From Vibrio phage VB_VaC_TDDLMA: a DNA stretch of 32,000 nucleotides. Positions 1 through 9,111 of the stretch are shown one piece after another. The stretch is from the sequence record PP083315.1; one strand, written 5' to 3'. Both the position numbers and the translations under genes were made by a program. The notes under the pieces were generated by a model, which made no database searches, was not told the DNA's origin, and saw only the letters and a program-made list of their open reading frames with translations. Each line of letters opens with the position of its first letter. Within the stretch, counting starts at the first letter, position 1.

Positions 1-95
1 CCGATAGATTCCTTAATGATCCCAATTTTAGTCTCGATCATCTGAGCATCCAGATCAACTTTCGTAACTGGTGTTTCTTTATTAACCCAATTCAT
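1..95 (-). CDS. partial CDS running off the left edge (N-terminus MNWVNKETPVTKVDLDAQMIETKIGIIKESIG...)
   Basis: ATG at 93..95 (complement) overlaps the TGA stop of the upstream ORF (ATATGA), has GGAG upstream, and is open to the window edge. Confidence 0.6.
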   Translation of the reverse strand, partial: MNWVNKETPVTKVDLDAQMIETKIGIIKESI

Positions 96-331
96 ATTAA
101 CCACTCCGGGTTGTTGTCAATCAAATCTTGAAGTCGTTTTAGGTAGCGTTTTAACTCGGCTTCAAAGAAGTCCCGTTTGAACTTTAATGTGTTCACTGGT
201 TTTCCATTGTGTTCTAACGATTTGACAACTAGTTTAGCCGTATCTAGGTTTGATTTGATCAGAAAAATCTGGTCTAATAGTTCTTTTCGGCACTGATTGA
301 ATTCTCTCTGAGAGCTTTTAACTATTGACAT
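92..331 (-). CDS. small hypothetical protein ending NNPEWLI (member of the C-terminal PExxI tail set)
   Basis: ORF track gives 92..337. The ATG at 331 (MSIVKSSQ...) has GGAG 7 nt upstream and is the likelier start. The C-terminal tail matches the array family. Confidence 0.7.
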   Translation of the reverse strand: MSIVKSSQREFNQCRKELLDQIFLIKSNLDTAKLVVKSLEHNGKPVNTLKFKRDFFEAELKRYLKRLQDLIDNNPEWLI

Positions 332-366
332 CTTCAATCTCCATTATCGAAGCTTTAGTCGGTCGT

Positions 367-1185
367 TTAAAAAAATGCATGAGTTTTATCATCTTCACAT
401 GACTCAAACGTTGCAGTGAACTCGACGATATCACCAATTTCAGCTTCTGATATCTTTGCAGTTAGTGAACCGTATGCAGTCGATTTATTTTCTAATTCTA
501 ACATCATTTTGTGTTGAATGCCATAATAATTTTCACGAATTGGTAACCCAATGATTTTAGCCTTGACAGTTTGCTTCCCATTTGGTGCGTCACCCTTGAG
601 TGATTGCTCAAGTTCTTTTTGACGTTTTAGTTCTTGAATGTTTAGATCTTTCTTGGATGCAACCATGGATTGAATACTTTCCATGAAAATGTTTAGATAA
701 CCAATAGATGCAGCTTTAATATAGAGATATGCATTGATTTTACCATTTCCATATTCATCTTGGAATTTATTTTCCCACGTCGAACCAAAACTGAAGACAA
801 TACCATCAATTTGGTATGATTCGGATTCTTTATCTGGTTCTTCAACCTTAAAATCAGAAAATGCAATCTTGACATCTTCAATCATCTCGTCAATCAATTT
901 AATTTTACGATACAATGGAACCTTGTATTTAGGTTGAGAATAAAAAGCATTCTCACTTTCAAAATCCATTGGTATGTACTGACCTTTTCGATATACTTTA
1001 CCCACGGCATCTTGATAACCATCTTTGGCAGCGTGAAGACGACCCTTTGGGTCTCGGTGTGGTTTCAATCCACCATTTAGAGTGCACAAAATTTCGATTT
1101 CTTTTGATTGACGGGTGCAAAATCGTTCGATGCAAGATTGAGTATGATCTTGGATTTTTTGAATTAATTTTGTGTAACCTTTCAT
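367..1185 (-). CDS. hypothetical phage protein, about 272 aa, with a possible frameshifted C-terminus
   Basis: Long ORF. The C-terminus stops at a homopolymer; the shifted frame continues KRPTKASIMEIEDVNS*. Confidence 0.7.
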   Translation of the reverse strand: MKGYTKLIQKIQDHTQSCIERFCTRQSKEIEILCTLNGGLKPHRDPKGRLHAAKDGYQDAVGKVYRKGQYIPMDFESENAFYSQPKYKVPLYRKIKLIDEMIEDVKIAFSDFKVEEPDKESESYQIDGIVFSFGSTWENKFQDEYGNGKINAYLYIKAASIGYLNIFMESIQSMVASKKDLNIQELKRQKELEQSLKGDAPNGKQTVKAKIIGLPIRENYYGIQHKMMLELENKSTAYGSLTAKISEAEIGDIVEFTATFESCEDDKTHAFF

Positions 1186-1259
1186 AGTGAATACCCTAGT
1201 ATTGATTTGATATTAAGATTATAACAAAACAAACAAATTAGTAAACCGTTTTGATGATT

Positions 1260-1865
1260 TTATTCGAACTTAACCGCAACGTTCAACCATTCTGTACTTC
1301 GATTCATATGGTCTTTAGCCGTTCGGAAACCATAACTCGATATTGGATATATGTTTGACAGTTCTTCTAAGATCTCAGAAACCTCTTCGGGTTGATAGTA
1401 TTGAAAGAAACGACCAAGGGAATCAGTTTCATTTCCCTTTCCTTTCTTGATCGTGAAGAAAAATGTTCCTCCAGCATCTAGGTGATATAATGCATTATGA
1501 AGTGCAAGTAGGAAATCGTTTCGTGTTAGGTGTAAATAACATGCTGTTGAGAATATAAATCCGAACTTTTTATCTAAAAGGAAGTTAACTGCATTACCTT
1601 GTATAAATGTATCTAATCCAGTAAATCGTTTAGCTTGTTCAATCATTGGATAAGAAAGTTCGATTGCAGTTACGTCAAATCCTCGTTTAGACAAATAAAG
1701 TGTATCCCGACCTGAACCACTACCTATTTCCAGAACGGGTCTTTTGAGGTAGCTATCTAGATTCAATTCTAAAGGAATCTCATTTTCTATGAAAATTGAT
1801 TCGGAAATGCTTAAATCAAATGTTTGTTCACAGTAACTTTCTGCGTTTAAATCATAATATTTCAT
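1260..1865 (-). CDS. class I SAM-dependent methyltransferase (TehB/methyltransferase-11 type)
   Basis: Motif I VLEIGSGSGRDTLYLSKRGFDVTAIELS, then FDxIFSTACYLHL and GGTFFFTIKKG. Confidence 0.85.
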   Translation of the reverse strand: MKYYDLNAESYCEQTFDLSISESIFIENEIPLELNLDSYLKRPVLEIGSGSGRDTLYLSKRGFDVTAIELSYPMIEQAKRFTGLDTFIQGNAVNFLLDKKFGFIFSTACYLHLTRNDFLLALHNALYHLDAGGTFFFTIKKGKGNETDSLGRFFQYYQPEEVSEILEELSNIYPISSYGFRTAKDHMNRSTEWLNVAVKFE

Positions 1866-1872
1866 AAGTATC

Positions 1873-2295
1873 CTATATTAAATATTCTTCCATATTCATG
1901 TCTAGTAAAACCCTTTTGCCCAAGCCCCCGAAATTTTTATCTTGGAGAAGATATTCAAGTGTAAAGACAGATACCGGCTCAGATGTCCACTTACGTGTAT
2001 CTATCAATCCACGATAATCTTCCATGATATCTGTTCTCCAATCTTCAAACCAAAACCAAATCGGAAAGGTGACAAGTATGATCGCTATCCCGTGAATCCT
2101 CTCTGTCCTTTTAGGTATAGAATACACTAGAAAACGATGTTCATCCGGTTTAAAGAACATCCTAATATCCCGAGGATTACAATTAGGATCAAGATCCCGT
2201 AGGAATTCTTTGACCTGTTCAGAAGAGCCGTCAATTTCGACAGCCCCTTCATCTTTTAGTATATCCTTATATTTAGGGTATATCATGATAAACAC
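1873..2295 (-). CDS. hypothetical protein with hydrophobic segment, C-terminus NMEEYLI
   Basis: ORF; hydrophobic stretch IHGIAIILVTFPIWFWF; tail resembles the array family. Confidence 0.65.
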   Translation of the reverse strand: MFIMIYPKYKDILKDEGAVEIDGSSEQVKEFLRDLDPNCNPRDIRMFFKPDEHRFLVYSIPKRTERIHGIAIILVTFPIWFWFEDWRTDIMEDYRGLIDTRKWTSEPVSVFTLEYLLQDKNFGGLGKRVLLDMNMEEYLI

Positions 2296-3731
2296 ATCGC
2301 CATTTCACGTAACTCAAATGCTCGTTCCAATGTATCAGTTTCCGTTTTATCGGTACGCCATTCGATAAATCGAGGATGTGATAATGCATAGTAATCATTT
2401 CCACGGGCTTTTGTTAGGTCGTTGAACTGAACGGTAAATATACGATCTTTGTACAAATGGAAGTTCTTTGTGAATTCATCTAGTTCGTCGTCCGAAAACC
2501 CAGAGCAGCTGCCTTTGATTTGAAGGTCGTCTGTGCAGAACTGAAGTGAACCGATTTTGCCTTCACGTTTAGTTCCTTTTCTGCCTTCATTGTAACCAAC
2601 GCAACGAACTTCGAGATCTATTTCTAGTTTAAGTTTAAGTTGTTGAGGTGAAGTACCATCTCGGAAAATCATGCCTAGGTCTTTTAGTACACCACCTTCA
2701 TAGCCCATATTCATCCATTCTGACACAATTGTTAGTGCTTCAGTGATTGAAGTAACGTATTTGTGTGGAATGATAAAAATAGTGCAGCTTTCTATATTAG
2801 AAATCATTGTTTTTAATTGTTCGAAACGTTCTGAATAAGGAATTTTATTCTTGACTTTATTTTGAGCGTTTGAGTACTCTTCTGGTGTAATGTAATCCCA
2901 AAGTTCAAGTTTTAAGTTTTTGTGAGGAATGTCATCTGAGTTGATAAGACCATTACCAATACTTCTTGGGAGAATGTATTCACGATTTTCAGCTTTATGT
3001 TGCTGAAAGGCTTCTGTGATTTCTTGAACACAATTCGTTTTATTCTTCTTATCGATTTGCTCTAGTTTTGGCTTGATGATATCAAACAATTCGTCTGTCA
3101 AAACTACGGTAAGTTCACCATGGTAGTGACCATCTTTGAATGTTGCCAATTCTTCATTGATTAGTGGATATTCGTAAACTTCACCTGAACGAGATGTACA
3201 ATCGACATTTTCACCGTGTACGGTGAAGTCACGATATGTACCATCTGCCTTAAGTTGAACAATTGATTTATTTGGATTAATTTTTGATTTGGTTTTATCG
3301 TTATAAACACCACAGCGCATATATACTGGTTTAACGATTAGATTTTTGAAGACTTTATTGATCTGTGTCTTACCTAGATTAATCTTGAGATCTCGGTCAA
3401 TGATTTTGCGAACAACATCTGCATCATCTTCTGATAAACAAGCAAGAATATTTGCAACTGCTTGTAATGCTTTATGACCAGTAATTTTACGAGTGGATAC
3501 ATCTTCTTCGAGGTAGTCCAACGCTTCATATAGTCCAATTGATGCATTCTGAACACCTTCGAATTTCTCAAGACTTTTAAGTGACATGCCATATGTAAAA
3601 GCGACACGGTCATATGCCATCTTTAAAACACGTTGTAAAAGAATGTTGTCTTTGTACTTTTTCAGTACTGAAATTTTGAAATTTGAACCATTTTCTTGGT
3701 TTAGTTCTTTAATAATGTCTGAGATTTTCAT
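2283..3731 (-). CDS. 30: ATP-dependent DNA ligase, T4 gp30-like
   Basis: Length 482 aa; nucleotidyltransferase motif QLKADGTYRDF; YEGGVLKDLG and EGKIGSLQF ligase motifs. Confidence 0.9.
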   Translation of the reverse strand: MKISDIIKELNQENGSNFKISVLKKYKDNILLQRVLKMAYDRVAFTYGMSLKSLEKFEGVQNASIGLYEALDYLEEDVSTRKITGHKALQAVANILACLSEDDADVVRKIIDRDLKINLGKTQINKVFKNLIVKPVYMRCGVYNDKTKSKINPNKSIVQLKADGTYRDFTVHGENVDCTSRSGEVYEYPLINEELATFKDGHYHGELTVVLTDELFDIIKPKLEQIDKKNKTNCVQEITEAFQQHKAENREYILPRSIGNGLINSDDIPHKNLKLELWDYITPEEYSNAQNKVKNKIPYSERFEQLKTMISNIESCTIFIIPHKYVTSITEALTIVSEWMNMGYEGGVLKDLGMIFRDGTSPQQLKLKLEIDLEVRCVGYNEGRKGTKREGKIGSLQFCTDDLQIKGSCSGFSDDELDEFTKNFHLYKDRIFTVQFNDLTKARGNDYYALSHPRFIEWRTDKTETDTLERAFELREMAMCLS

Positions 3732-3812
3732 GGTTATTCCTTATATACATAGGGTTAATTTTGAGTCATTATAAACAAAAAATCAGCCCTTGTATATAAA
3801 AAAAACACGTTT

Positions 3813-5123
3813 TTATCGTAATTCACCATAATACATACTTGCAGCACTATCTTTATTACCACCCATTGGTGTAATCTCGACGATTAAAATGTCACCTGGG
3901 TTAAGTAATCCTTGAGCGTTAGGATCCAGTGAAACGATTTCGTCCTTAGAATCTAAATCAGACCACTCGTTAGCAATCAACGCTCCATTAGCTTTATCCA
4001 ATTGATAGGCATCATCAAGTTCAGAGCCCGTTCCGCCACTTTTACGGAGCAATCGAGAATCTGTTACTGAGTCCCAAGTCATTGCAGATAAATTTGGTGC
4101 TTGAGTATCCCTGAAGTAGATAACAGTCATCTTTGACTCATCTCGACAGAACGATGTGATTTTATTCACCACCGCACCACTTGAGTAGTATGTTTGTTCT
4201 CCGTTGTAATCTACAAACCTTGGAACCCTAAGAGCGAGTACAGCTGTACCAGTAGTTGAGGCGTTAACTAGATCGACAGTAGATATAGCACCAAACAATT
4301 TATTTTCAACCATACCACCTTCGGATGAAACATCAACACTGTGAACGTTTAAGAAAAGTTCTGTTCCATCTTTAGTTAGAGATTCTAAGACGATTGGGAG
4401 TGATACGTCTGGGATCGTTTGGTTATCGATATTATTCACATTTTCTTCTGTAAATATTAGATTTCCATCCACAAAATAACGGATATCCCCAATGGAGCTA
4501 AACTGAATCTGATATAGGTGGGGTTTTGATATATCAAAGTCATCGGGTAAATATTGCATAAGTGGTTCTTGAGATTCAATCTCCCCACGATTTTTACGTA
4601 GTGCATATAATTCCCAATTCGTTCCATCACCATCGATTTGAAAACGAATACATGAACCCACAATACTGACACCCCAATTACGTATTCCGTTCTTTTCTGG
4701 GTCGGCACAAAATACGGAGGTCGATATGATGATACCTCTTCCTGGTTGGTATATTGAATGTTTCTTTGAACGAATACCCGAACCCTTGTTTGCAACAGTG
4801 CCGGATGATAAATTTAGTATTTGATTGTTTGATTCGGCGAGGGTAAATTGGGTTGGATATACGACACTAAATACATACTTAGAAAGGTCCGTGATGGTGA
4901 ATTCAAGTTCTTCCCACACACGTGCGGAAACATCGAATGTAAATTTACTACTGAATATGCTTACATCTTGAGATACTTTAGGAATCTGAAATGCCGTGGT
5001 TGCGATTTCCCTTGGTGGTGAAGGTTCTGATGGGTTACCAAATTGGTCGACTGACATCACTGCATCAACTAGGTTGTTTTTTCGTTCAACGAACTTTTGT
5101 TTCTCTATATCATATTGAGCCAT
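3813..5123 (-). CDS. putative virion structural protein with lectin/LamG-like section
   Basis: 436 aa; beta-rich sequence, 'YQIQFSSIGDIRYFVDGNLIF'; exact late-promoter octamer directly upstream. Confidence 0.55.
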   Translation of the reverse strand: MAQYDIEKQKFVERKNNLVDAVMSVDQFGNPSEPSPPREIATTAFQIPKVSQDVSIFSSKFTFDVSARVWEELEFTITDLSKYVFSVVYPTQFTLAESNNQILNLSSGTVANKGSGIRSKKHSIYQPGRGIIISTSVFCADPEKNGIRNWGVSIVGSCIRFQIDGDGTNWELYALRKNRGEIESQEPLMQYLPDDFDISKPHLYQIQFSSIGDIRYFVDGNLIFTEENVNNIDNQTIPDVSLPIVLESLTKDGTELFLNVHSVDVSSEGGMVENKLFGAISTVDLVNASTTGTAVLALRVPRFVDYNGEQTYYSSGAVVNKITSFCRDESKMTVIYFRDTQAPNLSAMTWDSVTDSRLLRKSGGTGSELDDAYQLDKANGALIANEWSDLDSKDEIVSLDPNAQGLLNPGDILIVEITPMGGNKDSAASMYYGELR

Positions 5124-5144
5124 GGTGGTTTCCTTTTGTTTATA

Positions 5145-5152
5145 TATTTATA
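5145..5152 (-). promoter_or_regulatory. T4-type late promoter TATAAATA
   Basis: Complement of tatttata, 22 nt upstream of the 5123 start codon. Confidence 0.7.
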
Positions 5153-5187
5153 AGGATTTCGACCATGGCTGTTTTACTAATGAGATA

Positions 5188-5799
5188 TTATGTGGTTTTT
5201 TTAATAATGGAATTGATGATTCTCTTTACATCTTTTGATATATCTGGTTTGCCAGTATTGTCGATCTTATAATCAAATTTGAAATTTTTGAGTTCATTTT
5301 CTGAACGATGTCCATCTCCATGTTCAACATCCTTATTAATGACTTTGATTGTTGATGCACCTTTAATTTGTTCAGTTAAGAATCGGAAATCGGGAACTAT
5401 CACGAAATCAGCTTCGGATGCAATGGCCTTTTTGTATAAAAGCGTTGCCCATACATGTTCACCAAATATTGGTTTCATAGCTTCTGTTCCGAAGTTTTGA
5501 ATCAACGTTCGAAAATCTGTTAAGAATACATTTTGAAGGTCGTCCCCTTGTACAAATAATTCTGATTTATTGTTCTTATGATTATCAAACGTTTCAAGGT
5601 CGATATTTAACGTTTTAGTCAAAATGAACTTCATGGGGTCGGCGAAAGACATTTTTTCCGTTGTGTATCCCATATCGTGAAGATATGATTCTATTTGCTC
5701 AGCTGCATAATCTTTTCCAGAACGATAGATTCCATGAATTAAAATAATTCGCTTTTCTTTATTAGGAACATTATTATTTTTATTATTGTCCTTTGACAT
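5188..5799 (-). CDS. 1: deoxynucleoside monophosphate kinase, T4 gp1-like
   Basis: P-loop variant LIHGIYRSGKDYAAEQI, then MSFADPMKFIL. ATG at 5799 has AGAAGGAG upstream, so it is preferred over the 5844 start in the track. Confidence 0.75.
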   Translation of the reverse strand: MSKDNNKNNNVPNKEKRIILIHGIYRSGKDYAAEQIESYLHDMGYTTEKMSFADPMKFILTKTLNIDLETFDNHKNNKSELFVQGDDLQNVFLTDFRTLIQNFGTEAMKPIFGEHVWATLLYKKAIASEADFVIVPDFRFLTEQIKGASTIKVINKDVEHGDGHRSENELKNFKFDYKIDNTGKPDISKDVKRIINSIIKKTT

Positions 5800-6320
5800 T
5801 AGAACTCCTTCTGATTTTGTACCATTATTTTGGGATTGTACCAAGTCATGTATTTTTTCTTGGAAATTTGAACGTATCCTTCAATTTGTTTTTTATTCCA
5901 ACATTCCTTTGTTTCATTAGCATCGAGAATATAACAAATTCTATCTTTGACAGCATCGATAAATGACTGCTCAAAAACATAAAATTCTTTACCAAAAAGC
6001 TTAACTTTATCTTTGATAATATCAGAATTTATACAATCTTTATCTGATAACTCAAACTCACTTCGAAACCATGTGCAAGGTAGTTTATCACTAAAATCCA
6101 CAAACGGTTTGTTTAATGATAAATCTTGAATGCCTTTTTGGATATATTGGGGGAGTTTAGGAGAATCACTCTTGATGAAATTACAATTATTCATTTTAAT
6201 GACCGTTGTGTGATCGTTTTCTTCTTCAAATCGTTTACTCATAATGGACACATTAGCGATATTAATGTCCATACGTTGAACGAGTTCATTTCCTAGTATG
6301 TAGTTCGAACTTAAAAACAT
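5799..6320 (-). CDS. hypothetical protein
   Basis: ORF of 173 aa that abuts the dNMP kinase start; no recognisable motif. Confidence 0.55.
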   Translation of the reverse strand: MFLSSNYILGNELVQRMDINIANVSIMSKRFEEENDHTTVIKMNNCNFIKSDSPKLPQYIQKGIQDLSLNKPFVDFSDKLPCTWFRSEFELSDKDCINSDIIKDKVKLFGKEFYVFEQSFIDAVKDRICYILDANETKECWNKKQIEGYVQISKKKYMTWYNPKIMVQNQKEF

Positions 6321-6355
6321 ATATTTCCTTCTCTTATTATTGTTATTATACGAGA

Positions 6356-6595
6356 TTATTCTTGAGGTAAAATTGCCTCGTTTTCCATTCGGTCGGCGAG
6401 TGCTTCACCAACAAATCGTCCGATTAAAATTTCGACATCCCTCTCAGAATATACTTCTTCATTGTAATCAACATCTGCTAAAAACTGACCGTTAGACTCG
6501 ATCGACAGATTAGAAACCTTGATCATCTCATTAATCAAGTAAACACCGGACTCCAACTTCTTCACAGAAGTCAGCTCTATTTCTTTAGTGCTCAT
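6356..6595 (-). CDS. hypothetical acidic small protein
   Basis: 79 aa ORF with AAAGGAG upstream of the ATG. Confidence 0.65.
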   Translation of the reverse strand: MSTKEIELTSVKKLESGVYLINEMIKVSNLSIESNGQFLADVDYNEEVYSERDVEILIGRFVGEALADRMENEAILPQE

Positions 6596-6662
6596 ATGCT
6601 CTCCTTTTATTTCTTGTTATTATAATCAACTACAGCTTAATTTTAAACGATTTTTTAAATAA

Positions 6663-6703
6663 AGTAGCTTACTTTTTGAACACTTAGCCTCGTAAGCTAC
6701 TTA
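6663..6703 (-). terminator. hairpin downstream of nrdA
   Basis: Perfect 11-bp arms AAGTAGCTTAC/GTAAGCTACTT, 19-nt loop, followed by a T/A-rich stretch on the minus strand. Confidence 0.6.
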
Positions 6704-6727
6704 TTATTTCTACTTCACCAAGTGATA

Positions 6728-9073
6728 CTATGTACAAGACTCACAAGCATCGTCTGAATCTTTGGTTTGTTTTAGATAGTAGAATGTACACATACCTAGT
6801 TTGAAACCATAGATGTGGAGTTTAGACATATCCCACAGTGAATCTGGGCGTTTGTAGTAAACGTTAACCGATTGTGTTTGGTCTAACCACTTCTGACGAA
6901 CTGCTGCATTATTAATCAATGCGTACTGGTTGCAATCAAAGCTCTTTTTGTAGAATCGGTTGTTCTTTCTGAAGTTTGGTACAACAGTCGGAACGGTCAT
7001 CGTTCCCTCTTCTTTGTAGAAGAAATCATGTATTGGTTCAATTGACTCGATAGCATTAATAGCTTTACCAGACGTTGCCGTTGGTGCAATAGCCATAAGT
7101 TGAGCATTACGAATTCCGAAAGTTCGAACTTTCTCAGCTAGTTCATCCCATCGTTTCCAATCTGGTTCATAATCTGTTAGCTTCATTGCATTTTGGTTCG
7201 CTTTATGAATAGGAAGGATGCCTTCTGACCATTCTGTTTCATAGAATTTTTCGAACTTACCTTTTTCGATTGCTAACTCACATGATGCTGAGATGACCAT
7301 GTAAGAGAATTCATCAAATAATGCATCAGTCTCTTCAGCAGCTGCTTTTGAATCAATAACAATCTCTTTTAATGCTAGATAGTTTGTATAATTTAGAACA
7401 CCAACACCTAAATAGCGATACATCATGTTCGAGTGTTTACCTTCTTTCACAGGATAATTAGCTAAGTCAACAGTGTTGTCCAGACCGCGAACCAATGTTC
7501 GAATGGTTTCCATTCGTTCTTCGGATGTCATGTAGTACCACTTCAGGAGATTAAATGAGCTTAGGTTACACAGTGCAATTTCACCAGCTTTGTATCGTTT
7601 AACGATTTCAGTAGAACCATCTTCCATAGTGACGAGTTGTTCACTGATTGATTCGGATGGACGACTAGGAAGCAAAATCTCAGTACAAAGATTTGAAGAA
7701 CCAATATAACGTTTTAAAAGAGTTGACTCATTGACATTCTCTTCGTGGAAAAGATAAATGTTACCCGTTTCAGAACGTTCTTTGAAGATCTTGTTCCAAA
7801 TTTCACGAGCACGAACTTTCTTTGAACGAACGTTGGTTTTTTGTACATATGAACGGTATAGTTCATTGAACTCTTCCCCAAATTTACCAATTAATTCTGG
7901 TGTATCTTTTGGATCAAATAGGTGGATGTCCTCATCTTCAATAACAGCCTCAATGAACAAATCATTCAGTTTACATCCAAACTGAAGACCACGGGCTCGG
8001 TTTTCGTCAGTACCACCATTGCTCTTGAGTGAGAGTAAATCCATTACATCTAGGTGCCACCATGAGAAGTATACAGCAAGTGCACCAGGACGTTTTCCAC
8101 CTTGGTTCCATGCTTTCATAATAGCTTCGAAGAATTTATTAAATGGGACTGGACCAGATGAATAACCTTGTGTACCTTCGATATAACCACCTTTTGCTCT
8201 CATAGCAGATATATCAAGAGCCGTACCACCCTTAAATTTTGAATAAATGCCTAGATTTTTACCCGTATCTAAGATCGAGTGAGAATCATCCGCTAGTGTA
8301 CTCAATACACAAGAACTTAGTTGTTGTCCTGGAGTTAGTGCATTAAGCATGATAGGAGTAGCTCGTGTATAATTGTGAGATGAAATGTTGTTATATTCTT
8401 CAATGACTCGTTTAACACGTTCTTTCTCGTTAGCCATGAGTGACATAGCTACACGCATGTAAGCATGTTGTGGTAACTCAAGTTTTTTGGTTTTTGTGTA
8501 GTTCAAACAGTACTTATCGAAGAATGAAACTAGCCCTTTGAAGTTGAACAATAGATCTCTTTCTGGTTTGATTGCATCATTTAAATCATCAATTTCTTGT
8601 GGGGTGTACGAATGTACTGTCTCTTTATCATATATCTTTCGTTCGACACCTAGTGCTAGAACATCACGAAGGTGAGGATATTGATTATCAGAAGCAATAT
8701 TATATGTTTCTTTATAATAAGAAAGTAGTTGTAATTTTGCTGCAATTTCTTCCCACACTGGCTGAAGCATCGAGATCTTATTCACAGCCGTAACAATCAG
8801 TTGTTGATACATATCTTTAATATGAATCTCTTTGTGTAGTTTAATCTCAGTGTCACGAATAAGTTCGTCAGCTAGATATTCTTTATTATCAGCTGCCCAC
8901 AAACAAACCTTACGTAGTTTTTCAGGTTTGAATGGTTCTTTATGTCCTTTACGTTTGATAATAGTGATCTGTGAAGCTTTCATTGTATCTTGATTACTAA
9001 TATCAATTTTTTCATTTTGTTGCACAGCTTCGGATACTTTGTCCAAGCTTAATTTATTATAACGTTTGCTCAT
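6728..9073 (-). CDS. nrdA: class Ia ribonucleoside-diphosphate reductase, large subunit
   Basis: ATP-cone-like N-terminus, NLCTEI(L), ALCNLSSFNL, C-terminal CESCT; 781 aa. Confidence 0.97.
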   Translation of the reverse strand: MSKRYNKLSLDKVSEAVQQNEKIDISNQDTMKASQITIIKRKGHKEPFKPEKLRKVCLWAADNKEYLADELIRDTEIKLHKEIHIKDMYQQLIVTAVNKISMLQPVWEEIAAKLQLLSYYKETYNIASDNQYPHLRDVLALGVERKIYDKETVHSYTPQEIDDLNDAIKPERDLLFNFKGLVSFFDKYCLNYTKTKKLELPQHAYMRVAMSLMANEKERVKRVIEEYNNISSHNYTRATPIMLNALTPGQQLSSCVLSTLADDSHSILDTGKNLGIYSKFKGGTALDISAMRAKGGYIEGTQGYSSGPVPFNKFFEAIMKAWNQGGKRPGALAVYFSWWHLDVMDLLSLKSNGGTDENRARGLQFGCKLNDLFIEAVIEDEDIHLFDPKDTPELIGKFGEEFNELYRSYVQKTNVRSKKVRAREIWNKIFKERSETGNIYLFHEENVNESTLLKRYIGSSNLCTEILLPSRPSESISEQLVTMEDGSTEIVKRYKAGEIALCNLSSFNLLKWYYMTSEERMETIRTLVRGLDNTVDLANYPVKEGKHSNMMYRYLGVGVLNYTNYLALKEIVIDSKAAAEETDALFDEFSYMVISASCELAIEKGKFEKFYETEWSEGILPIHKANQNAMKLTDYEPDWKRWDELAEKVRTFGIRNAQLMAIAPTATSGKAINAIESIEPIHDFFYKEEGTMTVPTVVPNFRKNNRFYKKSFDCNQYALINNAAVRQKWLDQTQSVNVYYKRPDSLWDMSKLHIYGFKLGMCTFYYLKQTKDSDDACESCT

Positions 9074-9111
9074 TTTTATCCTTTATATTAAAAATGTGGG
9101 TTGTGCCCACA

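Noticed and set aside
734-1187. Plus-strand ORFs 734..937 and 969..1187
   Set aside because: Antisense to a well-supported long minus-strand ORF, with no convincing RBS or motif.
2283-3731. Alternative minus-frame ORF 3374..3613 inside ligase
   Set aside because: Fully nested in the strongly supported gp30-like ligase frame, no separate RBS evidence.
4991-5500. Plus-strand ORFs 4991..5272 and 5279..5500
   Set aside because: They overlap the structural protein and dNMP kinase genes in antisense and have low-complexity, hydrophobic/cysteine-rich translations typical of shadow frames.
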